Below, in pieces: positions 38,198-50,100 of a stretch of DNA of 64,000 nucleotides; the first letter of the stretch is position 1; every line of letters starts with the position of its first letter. A program made the translations under genes and the position numbers. The stretch comes from Saccostrea cucullata. Its lineage: Eukaryota. The notes below the pieces were generated by a model that had not been told where the DNA came from, ran no database searches, and saw only the letters and a list, made by a program, of their open reading frames with translations. Where the stretch lies: positions 62,001 through 126,000 of the forward strand of contig NW_026923852.1 in the NCBI RefSeq assembly GCF_032062105.1. Reading direction: 5' to 3'.

Positions 38198-38674
38198 CAG
38201 TGACGTAGCATCGTTTTTGGAAGTAGAGGGGTTGGGGCCAGATAAAAAAATCTACCCCCCCCCCCCCCCAAGAAAAAAATCTTGAGAAGCCAAAAAAAAA
38301 ATGTCCAAACTCGAAAGCAAATCCTATTTCAGGATAGTTGGGGGAGGGGGGGGGGTAGTCCGAAATATCTGACGTTTTCCAGGCTTTTTAACGATTTTGA
38401 TATTTTACGTGCCAGGAACGTAAAATTTCAAAATCGTTAAAAAGCCTGGAAAATGTAAGATATTTCGGACTGGGGGGGGGGGGTAGCAAAGGGTAGGACG
38501 TACCAGATTCCTTTAAACATATATTTTTTTCAAAACTTACTTTACCATATTTTTGCATAAATGGGGGGGGGGGGGGGTAACCAGACTTTCATTATATAGT
38601 TTAAAGCTATGTATGGGAAAAAAGGAGGGATGCCACCTAGCTCTAACCCCCCTCCCCCCATCACTACGTGCCTA
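38198..38674. mobile_element. Degenerate G/C-run MITE with a nested ~115-bp foldback (38357-38471)
   Basis: Ends cagtgacgtag and ctacgtgccta; inner arms agtccgaaatatct...ttttacgt and acgtaaaa...agatatttcggact. Confidence 0.55.
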
Positions 38675-38949
38675 TTATATCCCAAAGACTATTATACGAG
38701 ATAATTAAAAGTAAGAATGGTAATCATTACTATAGACCTTTATCTCATCTTATCTGATCATATTAATTAATAAACATTAGCTGTAGGTAATGAAAAATTC
38801 AAATTTCATTGACTTGACTTCTTTACAAAACACATGACAAACAAGTTTTGTTTCACAAAACTACTTATACTTAATATAAAGGGATTCAAGTCAGAAAGAA
38901 AACAAGCAATATAAATAACTTTATTATTAATTTCCATTCAAGTATTTTA

Positions 38950-39515
38950 GAGGTAAGGCCTAATGTGATCAAGCACTGAGCTCACAAAATGATCCCGGCC
39001 CACTTCCCATACGATAATAATGACAAAGTCCGTGTTTTGCTTTGCGATACACATCAGTTCACTTATGTAGAACTGTAATAAATTTTTAACCCATAGTTTA
39101 ATGATATTATCATAATATGGGTTATAAATTTATTACAGAAACAATTAAGTGCCAGTGATGCGAGACTTGAAATAATTATCAGATGAAGGATGCACAAAGG
39201 CACTATATATGTAATAGGGAATCTGTGAAAGTCATTAAATTTATTCAAATGTTTAGGAGGAGTTGCGGATAAAAAAGGGGTACCCCACAAATTATTATAC
39301 AAAGAATGGCAGTGTCCATGCTTTGCTGTGGTAAACCCAAAATTGCATCGTATCAAAAAAGTAAAATGGGAGGTGCACATTATGGAACTATGTAACAAAG
39401 ATTCTGTGAAAGTCTCAATAAATTTCATTCTATGGTATAGGAAGAGTTGCGGATAAGAGATGACCATGGGTACCCCAAAGCGTAACGGACGGACGGACAT
39501 CCCCATCACTATACT
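38950..39515 (-). mobile_element. Degenerate HINE-like element, same family as 43231-43700
   Basis: Shares aggagttgcggataa units, gggtaccccaaag and (GACG)n-gacatccc with the 43231 copy. Confidence 0.6.
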
Positions 39516-39569
39516 TTCTTGAAGTAACATTTTGATCTCTAAACCTTGGAATTTAACTTGCTCTTTACC

Positions 39570-40297
39570 AACAAGATTTGTTTGTGAAACACCGATGCCC
39601 CGTTTGGCAGCTTTATGACGAGGTTTGAAGTTTCTCATGCAAGTGCAAGTCAACCTCCAAGATCAAATTTGTTTGACCTATTCCTTGTCATAAGTTATAT
39701 ATCTGTGAAATAAGAAAACCCCTGTGCTTACTGTTCAGAAGTTATGGCCAAGGTTTTTTTTTTTTAAAATGTGGGTCAAACTTCAGAAAGAGAAGAATAA
39801 TATTTGATCAAATTAATTTACGAATACAAGGCCAAGGTCAAAGGTAAAAAAAAAATTAAAACCCAAAGGAAAGGTCTTGTCACAATGAATACACTTGTGA
39901 AGTATGCTTTCCTTCATCAAATACATGTAATACTCAGGTACGCGGATTAACACTAAATGGAATTCATTTTATAAAAGTTTGGGCAAGGTTAAAGTTTTCT
40001 CTGAATAAATCTCTCTAATTTTTCTTTTTTTTTTTTGTTGAAAATGATGTGTACGCACTTGCGTACTTCGTATAGGCAGTACGCGCCTGAAAGAGGACAA
40101 AATATGTTGGTAAACACAAGGTTAAAGAAATGTTTTGTCACAGGAAATACATGGAGAATATTAAACCAGCTCCATCCAATCAAAATTTACAAGTTTTTGC
40201 GTTTTCTCCAACAGGCAAACTGACAGATAGACAGACGAACAGCTAGACTGGACAAAAACTATGTACCCCGAATCTTCGATTACGGGGGCACAAAAAT
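39570..40297 (-). mobile_element. Degenerate HINE-like element
   Basis: Short subTIRs atgcccc and gggggca, a (GACA)n microsatellite near 40222-40250, a terminal hairpin, and an A-run flank. Confidence 0.55.
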
Positions 40298-41125
40298 ATA
40301 ATTATAAGTATTGAGATAATTAAATATATATCTGTCAACAGGATAAAACTATTGTACATATTCAGTCATCCGAAAGGAGATTTGCAGAGTTCTGTCATTT
40401 TGCTATCCGCTATCTTTCCAAACCTTTCATTAAAATTTTAGATTTCTCCCTTGGTCAGAGAGTTCTTTTTCATATTTTCATTCTGAAGGTTATATTTAGG
40501 AGATTTTTGTGAATCAATTGATAATCTTTTTGAATGCATTTTAAATGGCATATTTCTGCTTCATACCCCCCTCCTTCACAAGCACGCACTTTAATATACC
40601 CCCTTCCTCTGAGCTTCGTAGTAATATGCAAATGAATCGGTAAGTCGAAGTGTTCAAGTGATATTCAGTTAAAATGGAACCTTCTGTCTCAGTTGTAGGA
40701 AGACCCCCGTAATGTGATGTTCGCGTGTCGAAGGTGTGTGTGATGTAGCGACATCTGGTAGCCTTAGCGATCTAGCCGCGCAGTCCTCAACACGGACTAC
40801 GGATCTGCTAATAATCATACCTGGTAAGTTTTAACTTTGATTTCATTAATTATTCTTAAGAAAAAATGTATGAATTTGGCCCTTCGTGAGTACAGAAAAA
40901 AACACAGCGAAATTAAAGAAAATTATTTTATTTGTCGTCCAATAAGCAACAATTTATTTAGCAAAGACAGTTCCATGTTCAACTGAAATTTTTCTAAACG
41001 GGTTTCTTCAAACTTGTACAGCTATATAGAGGTATACATGCATATAAAACAAATTGGCGAGGAGAAAGGTGCGGAAATAAATAAAGTAAATAATGTAAAT
41101 AAATATTAAATCAAATACATGGAAA

Positions 41126-41157
<32 letters not shown>

Positions 41158-41870
41158 GCCTTGAACAAAAGTATGGTTTTGCATAATATTAGTATTCAAA
41201 GAAAGAAAAATGGAAAAGGCGACAAGTATACTGATGCAGTTCGTGTTTAGCTGCATGTTTTATAATATCATTCATGGCAATACTCATATGCTACTAATAC
41301 AGCCTAAAAGGTTTTTAAAACACTTTTTAATACGTCATACATTGTATAATAAGTCCTTCAATACCTAGTCTTTAAACGTAGAGACACATGCAAGCATTCA
41401 AAATTAAAAACATTAAAAAATGTTCTAAAATATACAATCTTTTTACTGAATGGCAAAAACCAAAATATGGTATAAAATCCAGTGAAGAAAGATAATATTA
41501 TTATAGTTTACATCTAAGTACAAAAATCTTAAAATGCAGAGGCCATGGAATTACACTGAGTTGCCCACTTTAAAAAGTCTCCTCATCCATTGCATAAATG
41601 ATAAAATAATAAAGTCAATAAAATCTCTTGTGGCAAGAAATGAAAGAAACATCATTACCCTCTTATTTGAAATAATAATCTCGAGAAATTCATTAATGAT
41701 CCCTTCTTCGCTAAGCAACTGAGGGGTATGTGATCCGACATCTACTCTACAACAATAATTTTCGGATCGGAAACCATAAGCTAGCAAAGATTCTGTGGTC
41801 AAAGAAATGGCCAAGTCCTAGAGCTATTACCCTCGTTTTTATGTTTCCATTGTTTTATTTCTGCAGGAAG

Positions 41871-42895
41871 ATGAAGCCTCTGGTGATTCTAGCCTCCCTT
41901 TTAGCTTCTTCTTTTGCCGTGCATCTGAGCCACGACTTATCCCTCCATAGTGAAAATCTAGTGCGCATGTTCAGTGATTATCTATTACGGGATGACCAAC
42001 TTCAAAGGCAAAGCAGAGATGTGGAATTCAATGGAAGTAAGACTATGATGTATTAGACGCAATATATGCAATATGGACTTGAATTATACCCACACTGTCT
42101 AAAGAAAGTTTGGGTATATTTTTGTTACCCTGTTCCATCCGTGCTGTCTTAAACCTTTTTTTCTTCCTCAAACAACTCTTACATGTTAAGCAGTTGCCAA
42201 CTCACCAGATTTTGAAATTGTTTTAGCGTGGATGCCAAAATAGTGTTAAAGACGCATTAGTTAGTGTTTTCTACAAAAAACTTGTTTACCTGAACCCCAC
42301 TTACATTTCGAGCCTACACAGTAGCCTATAAATTTAATTTATATCTTGAAATTGAAGGGAAGTATCCGTATCCTTCAAGAAATCCTAGTTCCCTTACACT
42401 TTTTGCAATTCCTAACTCATCTTTAGGAATATGATTGATGGTGTCCTGTAAATGTGCAATTAGGTTTCAGAATTTCTATTTTCACTCTGGGGGTCGAATG
42501 CGGGTCGAAAAGCATTGCATTTCCTTCAAGAAACCTAAATCTCTAAACTCCCCCTGCTATTTTGTTGTAGTCCATCATATTTTAATATATGATTGGGAGT
42601 ATCCTGTAGATATGTAGTAAGGTTTTGGATTTTTGATTTTCATCCTGGCGATCGAAAAAAACCCGTTTTTTTTCCTACAAGAAACTGGTTCCGTGAATTC
42701 TTTTGCCTTAAAAAATAATTTTTAAGTAGATGTACAAAACGGTTTCAGAATTTCAATTTTCACCCTTGGGCCAATAGGAAGTCAAATTTTTTTTTCTACA
42801 AACCCCTCGATCCCTTAACCCCTTTTACATTTTCTCATGATCAGTATCCTAATCGTAGTTTGGGATATAATAGGCTTTGTCTTGAAGATAGATGT

Positions 42896-42979
<84 letters not shown>

Positions 42980-45900
42980 TAAAGTTTTATCATATGGGAA
43001 CGAATGGAGGTTGAAATCGACGTTTTTTTTAACCTATAAATAATGAATACCTGAATTCTTTATTTAATATATAAAGATATATAATTGGCTGTGTCCTGTA
43101 GATGTGCAATAAGGTTGAAGAATTTTGATTCCCACTCTGGGTCACATACATTTTTTTGTAAATTATTTAAAAAAAATATTATTTACATGTTACAAGTATT
43201 ACATGTCTTTGCATGGAAAGAACACACATTAAACTAGAGGTACTGTGGGCAGTGAGCTCACTAAATGATGCTCTTCGCCTCCCATATGATTGTAATGGGA
43301 AAGTCCATGTTTTGCTCTGGGAGACCCAATAAGTGTCAGATCAAAAGGATGAAATAGCAGGTGCACAATTACATTATAACCGGTATAATAAAAAATCCGT
43401 AAAAGTATCAGTAAATTTTTTCAGCGATATCGGAGGAGTTGCGGATAAGAAATCGGTACCCCTCAATATTATAGAAAGAATGACAGTTTCTATATGTTTT
43501 ACTTTGGGAAAACCAAAAAGTAAAATAGGAGGTGCACAATAGCACCATGTAACTAAGATTCTGTGAAAGTATCATTATAAACTTAATTCAGTGGTATAAG
43601 AGGAGTTGCGGATAAGAGATGGGTACCCCAAAGCTTAACAGACAGACGGACGGACATCCCAAGCACTATATACCCTCTCACTTTTCAAGCGGTGGGTATT
43701 CAGTGAAGAGTATTTTTCCATGTTTATAATTTCAGTTAATGAAGAGTTTAAACTGATTCGCAGAGCCTCCTCCCCATCCTACAAAGTACAAAACTTTGCA
43801 ATATGGTATGAACCAGCGTCAGGAATGCGGCTTTGTGAAACAAACAATACCATTGTTTTTAAACAATGCATCGATACATCCAGCAACTGCAAGTATCTGA
43901 ACAGTACTCTTCAAATATGCCAAAAACCGGAAGCAGCAAAGAATCTTGGGTGTCTGAAAACATGCCAGCTCTGTAATCATGGTATATAATTTAAATATTA
44001 GTACATTTTTAGTGTATGGAGCAACTGAAAAAAAAAACAAATTCATCCAAATTTCTCGAAGTAAAGCTTAGAGAACATAAATTATACTAGACTTTTGTAT
44101 ACAGTAGATAAATGTGAAACGGGTGAACACAACTGCAACCGTTTGGCCGAATGTAAAGCAAACGGTGACAATTTTCAATGTACCTGTAAGAAAGGCTACG
44201 AAGGGGATGGTGTGAAATCATGCACGGGTGAGCTACTTTATAACCTTTTTTTAACCTTTAGTTTATACTCATTATACGTCAAAATAATGAAAGCTCTATA
44301 TCTTTGTTTCAGACATAAACGAATGCACCACTAACACTCACAATTGTGAAGCAGATCAGACATGCAAAAATACTGAAGGAGGATTTAGATGTAGTTGTAG
44401 GTACAAATTAATCAGTTTTCTTTCCATGTAAAAATAATCTTAAAATTATATAAATATAGCCCTTTGATGAGGTCGATCCATAGATATATCGACTTCACAG
44501 AAAAGCATATCGACCGCGCACGACGTGCGAGGTCGATTTGCTTTTCTGTGAAGTCGATATATCTATGGATTGACCGAATTTAAGGGCTACATTTGTTATA
44601 TTATTTTTTACAGAGATTGACAAAACACAATTTGAAAATAATGGGAACAAGGCACAAGTTTCCTCTCTTTAACACTTAAAGACTAGAGATTAAAATAAAT
44701 TAAGCTGTTTAATGTAATTTTGTTTCCTTTATCATGTTTGTATTGATAGAGTAATTTAGAGGATTTACTTATTCAAAATGCAACATTTATTTGTATCACT
44801 TTTTGACAAACATATTTAATATGTTTTAATATAAAGTAGATCCTAATTCAATGCACTGTTATGCCTCATGAATTACAGAACATTTTAAAATATTAATATT
44901 TATATTTTTCAGAAACATCAAGTCATACACTGTATTAGCTATAATTGTGAAATCAGTACTATTTTTGTTTTACAGAAAATAATCTCCATTTTAAGAAACA
45001 TTAAGTCGATATGCATTTCAGATTCTATAAATAGTAACTCAAGTCTTTATGCTGTTATATACTTAATCATGTGATCAAGCTTGAGCCAATCAGAGAGCTT
45101 GAAATAAATGATAAAAATAATATATTATAATATTTTCAATGAGCGATGTGAAGACATTTATCTGGTTTGATACTGTTTCAGCCCTGGCGCAGGAATCAGA
45201 ACCTGTAAAAACGTGTACCTCAGGCTACACTGCTCAAAACGGAAAATGTGAAGGTAATAAATATGCACACGGACAGATATATCTACAATTAAAAGTTAAA
45301 AATTTAGGCACCGCAACAGTATAATGTTTACTTTACTTTAGCATTGCAGTGGTCAGGTCATTAATTAGCTTTAACAACAGATGATCGTTACCCCTTATGT
45401 CAGGCATGTACAACATCACTTACATACAAGCCCCAAAGAATTGTTTGGTAAATGTATTGATAATAATATTTTGTAGATGTAGACGAATGCAAGGATCCCA
45501 AGCTAAATAATTGTCACAAGGATGCCCTTTGTTCAAACACTGACGGAAGTTTTAAATGTCAATGTAAAACGGGATTTATCGGAACTGGAACCGTTTGTAT
45601 TGGTGAGATGAGATATCATTTACTCCAAAATGGCTTCAAATATGTAGTTTTATTAGATATTTAAAATCATTTTGACTTATCCATACATGTAAATACCAGT
45701 TCACAGATATTTTGAGTTGCTGTTCGTTATTGGGGTAAATTTTTATGCATTCCAAGAATATGTCATTCATGCCAAGTTTACACGAGAGCTATTATTATTC
45801 AATTCTTCACTTTCGGAAGAATGTTCAGACGGGACCATTAATATTAAATTGTTCGTCTGCCTGTCACAAATCTGCCTCTTCAAACTCCTATTGCATTCAT

Positions 45901-47337
45901 TTTAGCATATTCATCTTTTTGAAATATGATTAGCAGGTACTTGAGGGGTGCAACAAGGTATTAAACATTTTCTTTTTCCACCCTGGGGGGACAATTGAGG
46001 ATAAAAAAAGACTCAGTTCTACGAGAATTTGATTCTCAGAGTTTCTTTTAAAATGACCAAATTAGAAATACGTACATGCATGATTGATAATGTCCTGGAG
46101 AAACGCAGTTAGAATTGGGAACTTGTTGCATTTTCATCCAGGGGCCAATTGGGGCCCAATAATATTATTTTTCCTTCTTTCATGCTTCTTTTGAAATCAA
46201 ATTCATGCATCATTTCCCTCTTTTAATAGATTCATTAAAAAAGCTAGCAATACGAAGAATATGCTCATTCAAACATGTTATGCTCAATTTGCTTTTTGTA
46301 TTTTTTCGTGTTGTTTTTTTTTAATTAGAATGATATTTTTACTTTAATTAAAGTTTCAGAAAGGTTAAATTATTAATCATTAATAGAATTTTTCCTGCTT
46401 TAATTTTTTTTTTTAATTTTAAATTTTACCTCAGATAATGACGAGTGTAAAGGTAAGAATGACTGTTCCTCGTACGCTACCTGTACTAACACTGCCGGCT
46501 CCTATACATGTAGATGTCGTGTAGGCTTCAGAGGAAACGGGAAATCTTGTCAAGGTTAGACCATCTTCCATAATTCTTTTTTACATACTTGTATATCTAT
46601 TTTATAATTGATATTTGTTTAATTTTCCTTTTTTTTTAATCTTACAGATGTTGACGAATGTTCAAAGGGAGAACGCAATAACTGTAACAAACTGGCTTCC
46701 TGTAAGAACTCCATTGGTTCCTACAAGTGCACGTGTCCTAAAGGGTACTATGGGGATGGATCCTACTGCAACGGTAGTTTTTATTTTTTGGGTCCCGCAA
46801 AAATAAATTAATAAATTGCAGGTGGTCCATCTAAATTATCAATGCATTCCACCCGCAATTTTGTTTTAAATAACTCTTTTATGATTTATGTATCATGTTC
46901 ATTTTTGAATATCAATATACAGTAATAAATATTTTGATTTGTTTGTCATACAGTGGGAAGCTGGGGTAATTGAGTAGATTCATAATTCAGTTTGACTATG
47001 AACTGACAAAAAAAAGAGAGATCTGATGAGATTAGAAAAACTAAGATAAATGAAAGAAAGCTCCTTGGGCTCAGTGAGTCCCCTTAGACTAATTTTCTTA
47101 CCAAGCTTGATCTTTTTCGGTTAAAATAAGATAATTATCAATCCTCTCTGAAAGTGATGATTATTTTCAAGTTAAGCCTGGTTTGTGTTTCTATTCAATG
47201 AAGGCTTGAATTTATCAAATGTGTACTTTGTTTTATTCCCCTTCTCACCGATGTGGTTTCCAAGCGTCCATGCTTTTTGCCTTATTCACGATTTATATAT
47301 TTTACTAGGTTTATAAGTTTGTTCCTTATCTTTATCC

Positions 47338-47399
<62 letters not shown>

Positions 47400-47433
47400 T
47401 GTCGTCGTTGTCGTTGTCGTTGTTGTCGTTGTT

Positions 47434-47502
<69 letters not shown>

Positions 47503-47510
47503 TACAAAGT

Positions 47511-47554
<44 letters not shown>

Positions 47555-49263
47555 GGCCCTTTTCCAAGGGGAGATAATTATGAATTAGAGAAAAATTAAT
47601 GGCATTTTTAAAAAATCTTCTTCTCAAGAACCACTGGGCCAGGAAATATAAAACTCATGTGGAATCATCCTCAGGTAGTGTAGATTCAAGTTTGTTCAAA
47701 TCATGACCCCCGGGGGTAGGGTGGGGCCAAAATGGCCGATCAAAGTTTTTACATAGGAATATATAGGAAAAATCTTTAAAAATCTTCTTCTCAAGAACCA
47801 ATGGGCCAGGAAAGATGAAACTCATGTGAAATCATCCTCAGGTAGTGTAGATTCAAGTTTGTTCAAATCATGACCCCCGGGGGTAGGGTGGGGCCAAAAT
47901 GGCCGATCAAAGTTTTACATAGGAATATATAGGAAAAATCTTTAAAAGTCTTCTTCTCAAGAACCACTGGGCTAGGAAAGATGAAACTCATATGGAATCA
48001 TCCTCAGGTAGTGTAGATTCAAGTTTGTTCAAATCATGACCCCCGGGGGTAGGGTGGGGCCAAAATGGCCGATCAAAGTTTTACATAGGAATATATAGGA
48101 AAAATCTTTAAAAGTCTTCTTCTCAAGAACCACTGGGCTAGGAAAGATGAAACTCATATGGAATCAACCTCAGGTAGTGTAGATTCAAGGTTGTACAAAT
48201 CATGACCCCCGGGGGTAGGGCGGGGCCACAAAGGCCGATCAAAGTTTTACATAGGAGTATATAGGAAAAATCTTTAAAAATCTTCTTCTCAAGTACTTCA
48301 AAGCCAGGCTTCGTTATATTTATAGGGAATCATCCTCAGGTAGTGTAGATTCAAGTTTGTTCAAATCATGACCCGGGGGGGGGGTGTAAAACAAGCCCCC
48401 CCCCCCCCCCCCAGTTTACTTTCAGTTCTGATCTGATCTGTGTTTTTTCCTAGCCAATTGCTCAGGTGAGCGATGTGGCCCCTGGGCCTGTTGTTTCATT
48501 TGGATCCATTACACAAATAAAAACAATTGTAAGGACTTGGTAAAAAAAGGTTACAAAATATAATCACAGTTATGTACCTATCTCATTTTATATACCAGCA
48601 TAAGGCTAAGGTAGATTATTTTACAAGAAGTTGTATTTAAGAAATATTTTCTGTGTACCATAGTACTTTCTCATATTTCTTCATATAAATTTAGAATTTC
48701 CTTTTAAAATTTTCTTTAACAATTTTTCATATTCTCGTTCCTGTTTTATGTAGATATCAATGAATGCAGCCGGCGATCTACAAACAAATGTCACCGCAGA
48801 GCTAAGTGTACCAACACACCAGGCTCCTACAAATGTGCTTGTCAAAATGGCTATACGGGAGACGGTGTCACAAAATGCAACCGAAAACGTAAGTCAATTA
48901 ATTTAAGTTTTTGAACATCAGCTAAACTTTACCACCCACAGTTCGCAGAAGATATCAATGTGTTTTACTGCAAAATGAACATTTGGACATTTTTTTTTAC
49001 CTCACTTAACCTTCTCGTTCTTGAAATCTTACAATTTTTAATTGAGATATTTCGAGTTTGTATATGTATATTTTGGCCTCAAATCTGTCTTGGGACTATC
49101 ATGACAAAAAAAATCTTGAAATGAATTTTACTTACGAATTATCATCAAGGTTACAACCCATTGGATTTTAAAATAATCAATATCTAATTACTTCTTAACT
49201 ACATGTTGTTCTAAATGTGTGTTCTATATTTCAGAGAAAGTCAAGTGGAGTTGGTGGGGTTAA
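41871..49263 (+). CDS. Secreted ShKT + six EGF (five Ca-binding type) protein (~408 aa, 10 coding exons)
   Basis: Exons 41871-42036, 43736-43981, 44105-44227, 44313-44396, 45182-45253, 45477-45602, 46435-46554, 46648-46773, 48754-48888, 49235-49263, all phase-1 GT-AG. Signal peptide [16 protein letters not shown]; Sh[10 protein letters not shown]...C...CLKTCQLC; D(I/V/N)(D/N)EC EGF modules; C-terminus [12 protein letters not shown] probable non-coding exon ends at 40823 (CTG|GTAAGT). Confidence 0.85.
42899..42976. repeat. (TA)n microsatellite
   Basis: Perfect TA run. Confidence 0.95.
43231..43700 (-). mobile_element. HINE-like element with about two internal repeat units
   Basis: Repeated aggtgcacaat...ggagttgcggataaga...ggtacccc units and a (GACA/GACG)n microsatellite near one end. 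Confidence 0.6.
44449..44600. repeat. ~150-bp palindromic/foldback element (Crypton-like non-autonomous core)
   Basis: Arms ...ggtcgatccatagatatatcgacttcacagaaaagca.atcgacc are mirrored around cgcacgacgtgcg. Confidence 0.7.
47337..48496 (+). mobile_element. Complete HINE carrying ~5 units of the ~166-bp satellite, in an EGF-gene intron
   Basis: Same 5' end, subTIR and GGCCC-CT-GGGCC 3' hairpin as 15498-16990; catgaccc at 47702, 47869, 48035, 48201, 48367. Confidence 0.9.
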
Positions 49264-50100
49264 AACAAATACCGTTTGTGTTGTATCCACGATGTATGAC
49301 CTTAACTAATACATATTACTATATGTTTGTTGTCTTAAGTGTTGTTTAAAAGTACATTATTCGATTATATATTTGAATATGAATTACATTATTCAAAATA
49401 ACGTCGAATATATTTTCAGGGTAGGCCTTCCGTGTTTGGAAGTTGGGTTTTTCATTTAGAAAAATGATCTCATCCATGAGGAATGTAAAGTTACCTCGAA
49501 TTTCATAATGTTTGCGGAACATAATACATGTATGAATAACAACGAGAATTTCTTTCCATTGGTACAAGTTTTTTTCTGCATAAAAAAAATAAGCACAATT
49601 TTCATGAGAATTTATTCCAAATTCGGCATACTTTTGATAAAACAAAACAAGGACAACAATATTTGATTTATGTATCACAGAATACAAGAGAATTGTATAT
49701 ACTAGTATCAGTATATCTTAGTTAGTGTTGAAATAAGCAACATCCAGTGTACCTCTGCACAAAATATATTTTCTAAATATAAAAAAGTTAAGTAAATGTA
49801 CATGTAATTCTCTTTAAATAATATACATTTTTTTCTTGTGGGGGATCAATCAATACAAGTTTACAAAAATCTTTCCCCGAAACTCTGACACCATTTGAGT
49901 ATAAACATTAAAGATTTTTAAGAAACATTAGTCTTCCGTTTAATTTTAGATTTCAAATAATGCTCTCGTAAAATGCAAACATATTAAATGAATTCTGGCA
50001 AATTTATTAAGCAAAAAGTTGTGAAAATAGAACAGAAATTGAAACTTGGAAACGAACATTTCTAAATTTGGTGTAGGCAGTGTAAGAATACATTGCATTT

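Noticed and set aside
39063-39653. 196-aa minus-strand ORF
   Set aside because: Spans two degenerate HINE-like repeats, starts at a non-ATG codon and shows no recognisable domain.
42837-43043. ORF with a poly-(YI) tract
   Set aside because: Translation of a (TA)n microsatellite.
49346-49687. 113-aa minus-strand ORF as the last exon of the SH2 gene
   Set aside because: The exon at 50268-50101 completes the SH2 pattern and ends in a stop; this ORF lies in the AT-rich region between the convergent 3' ends.
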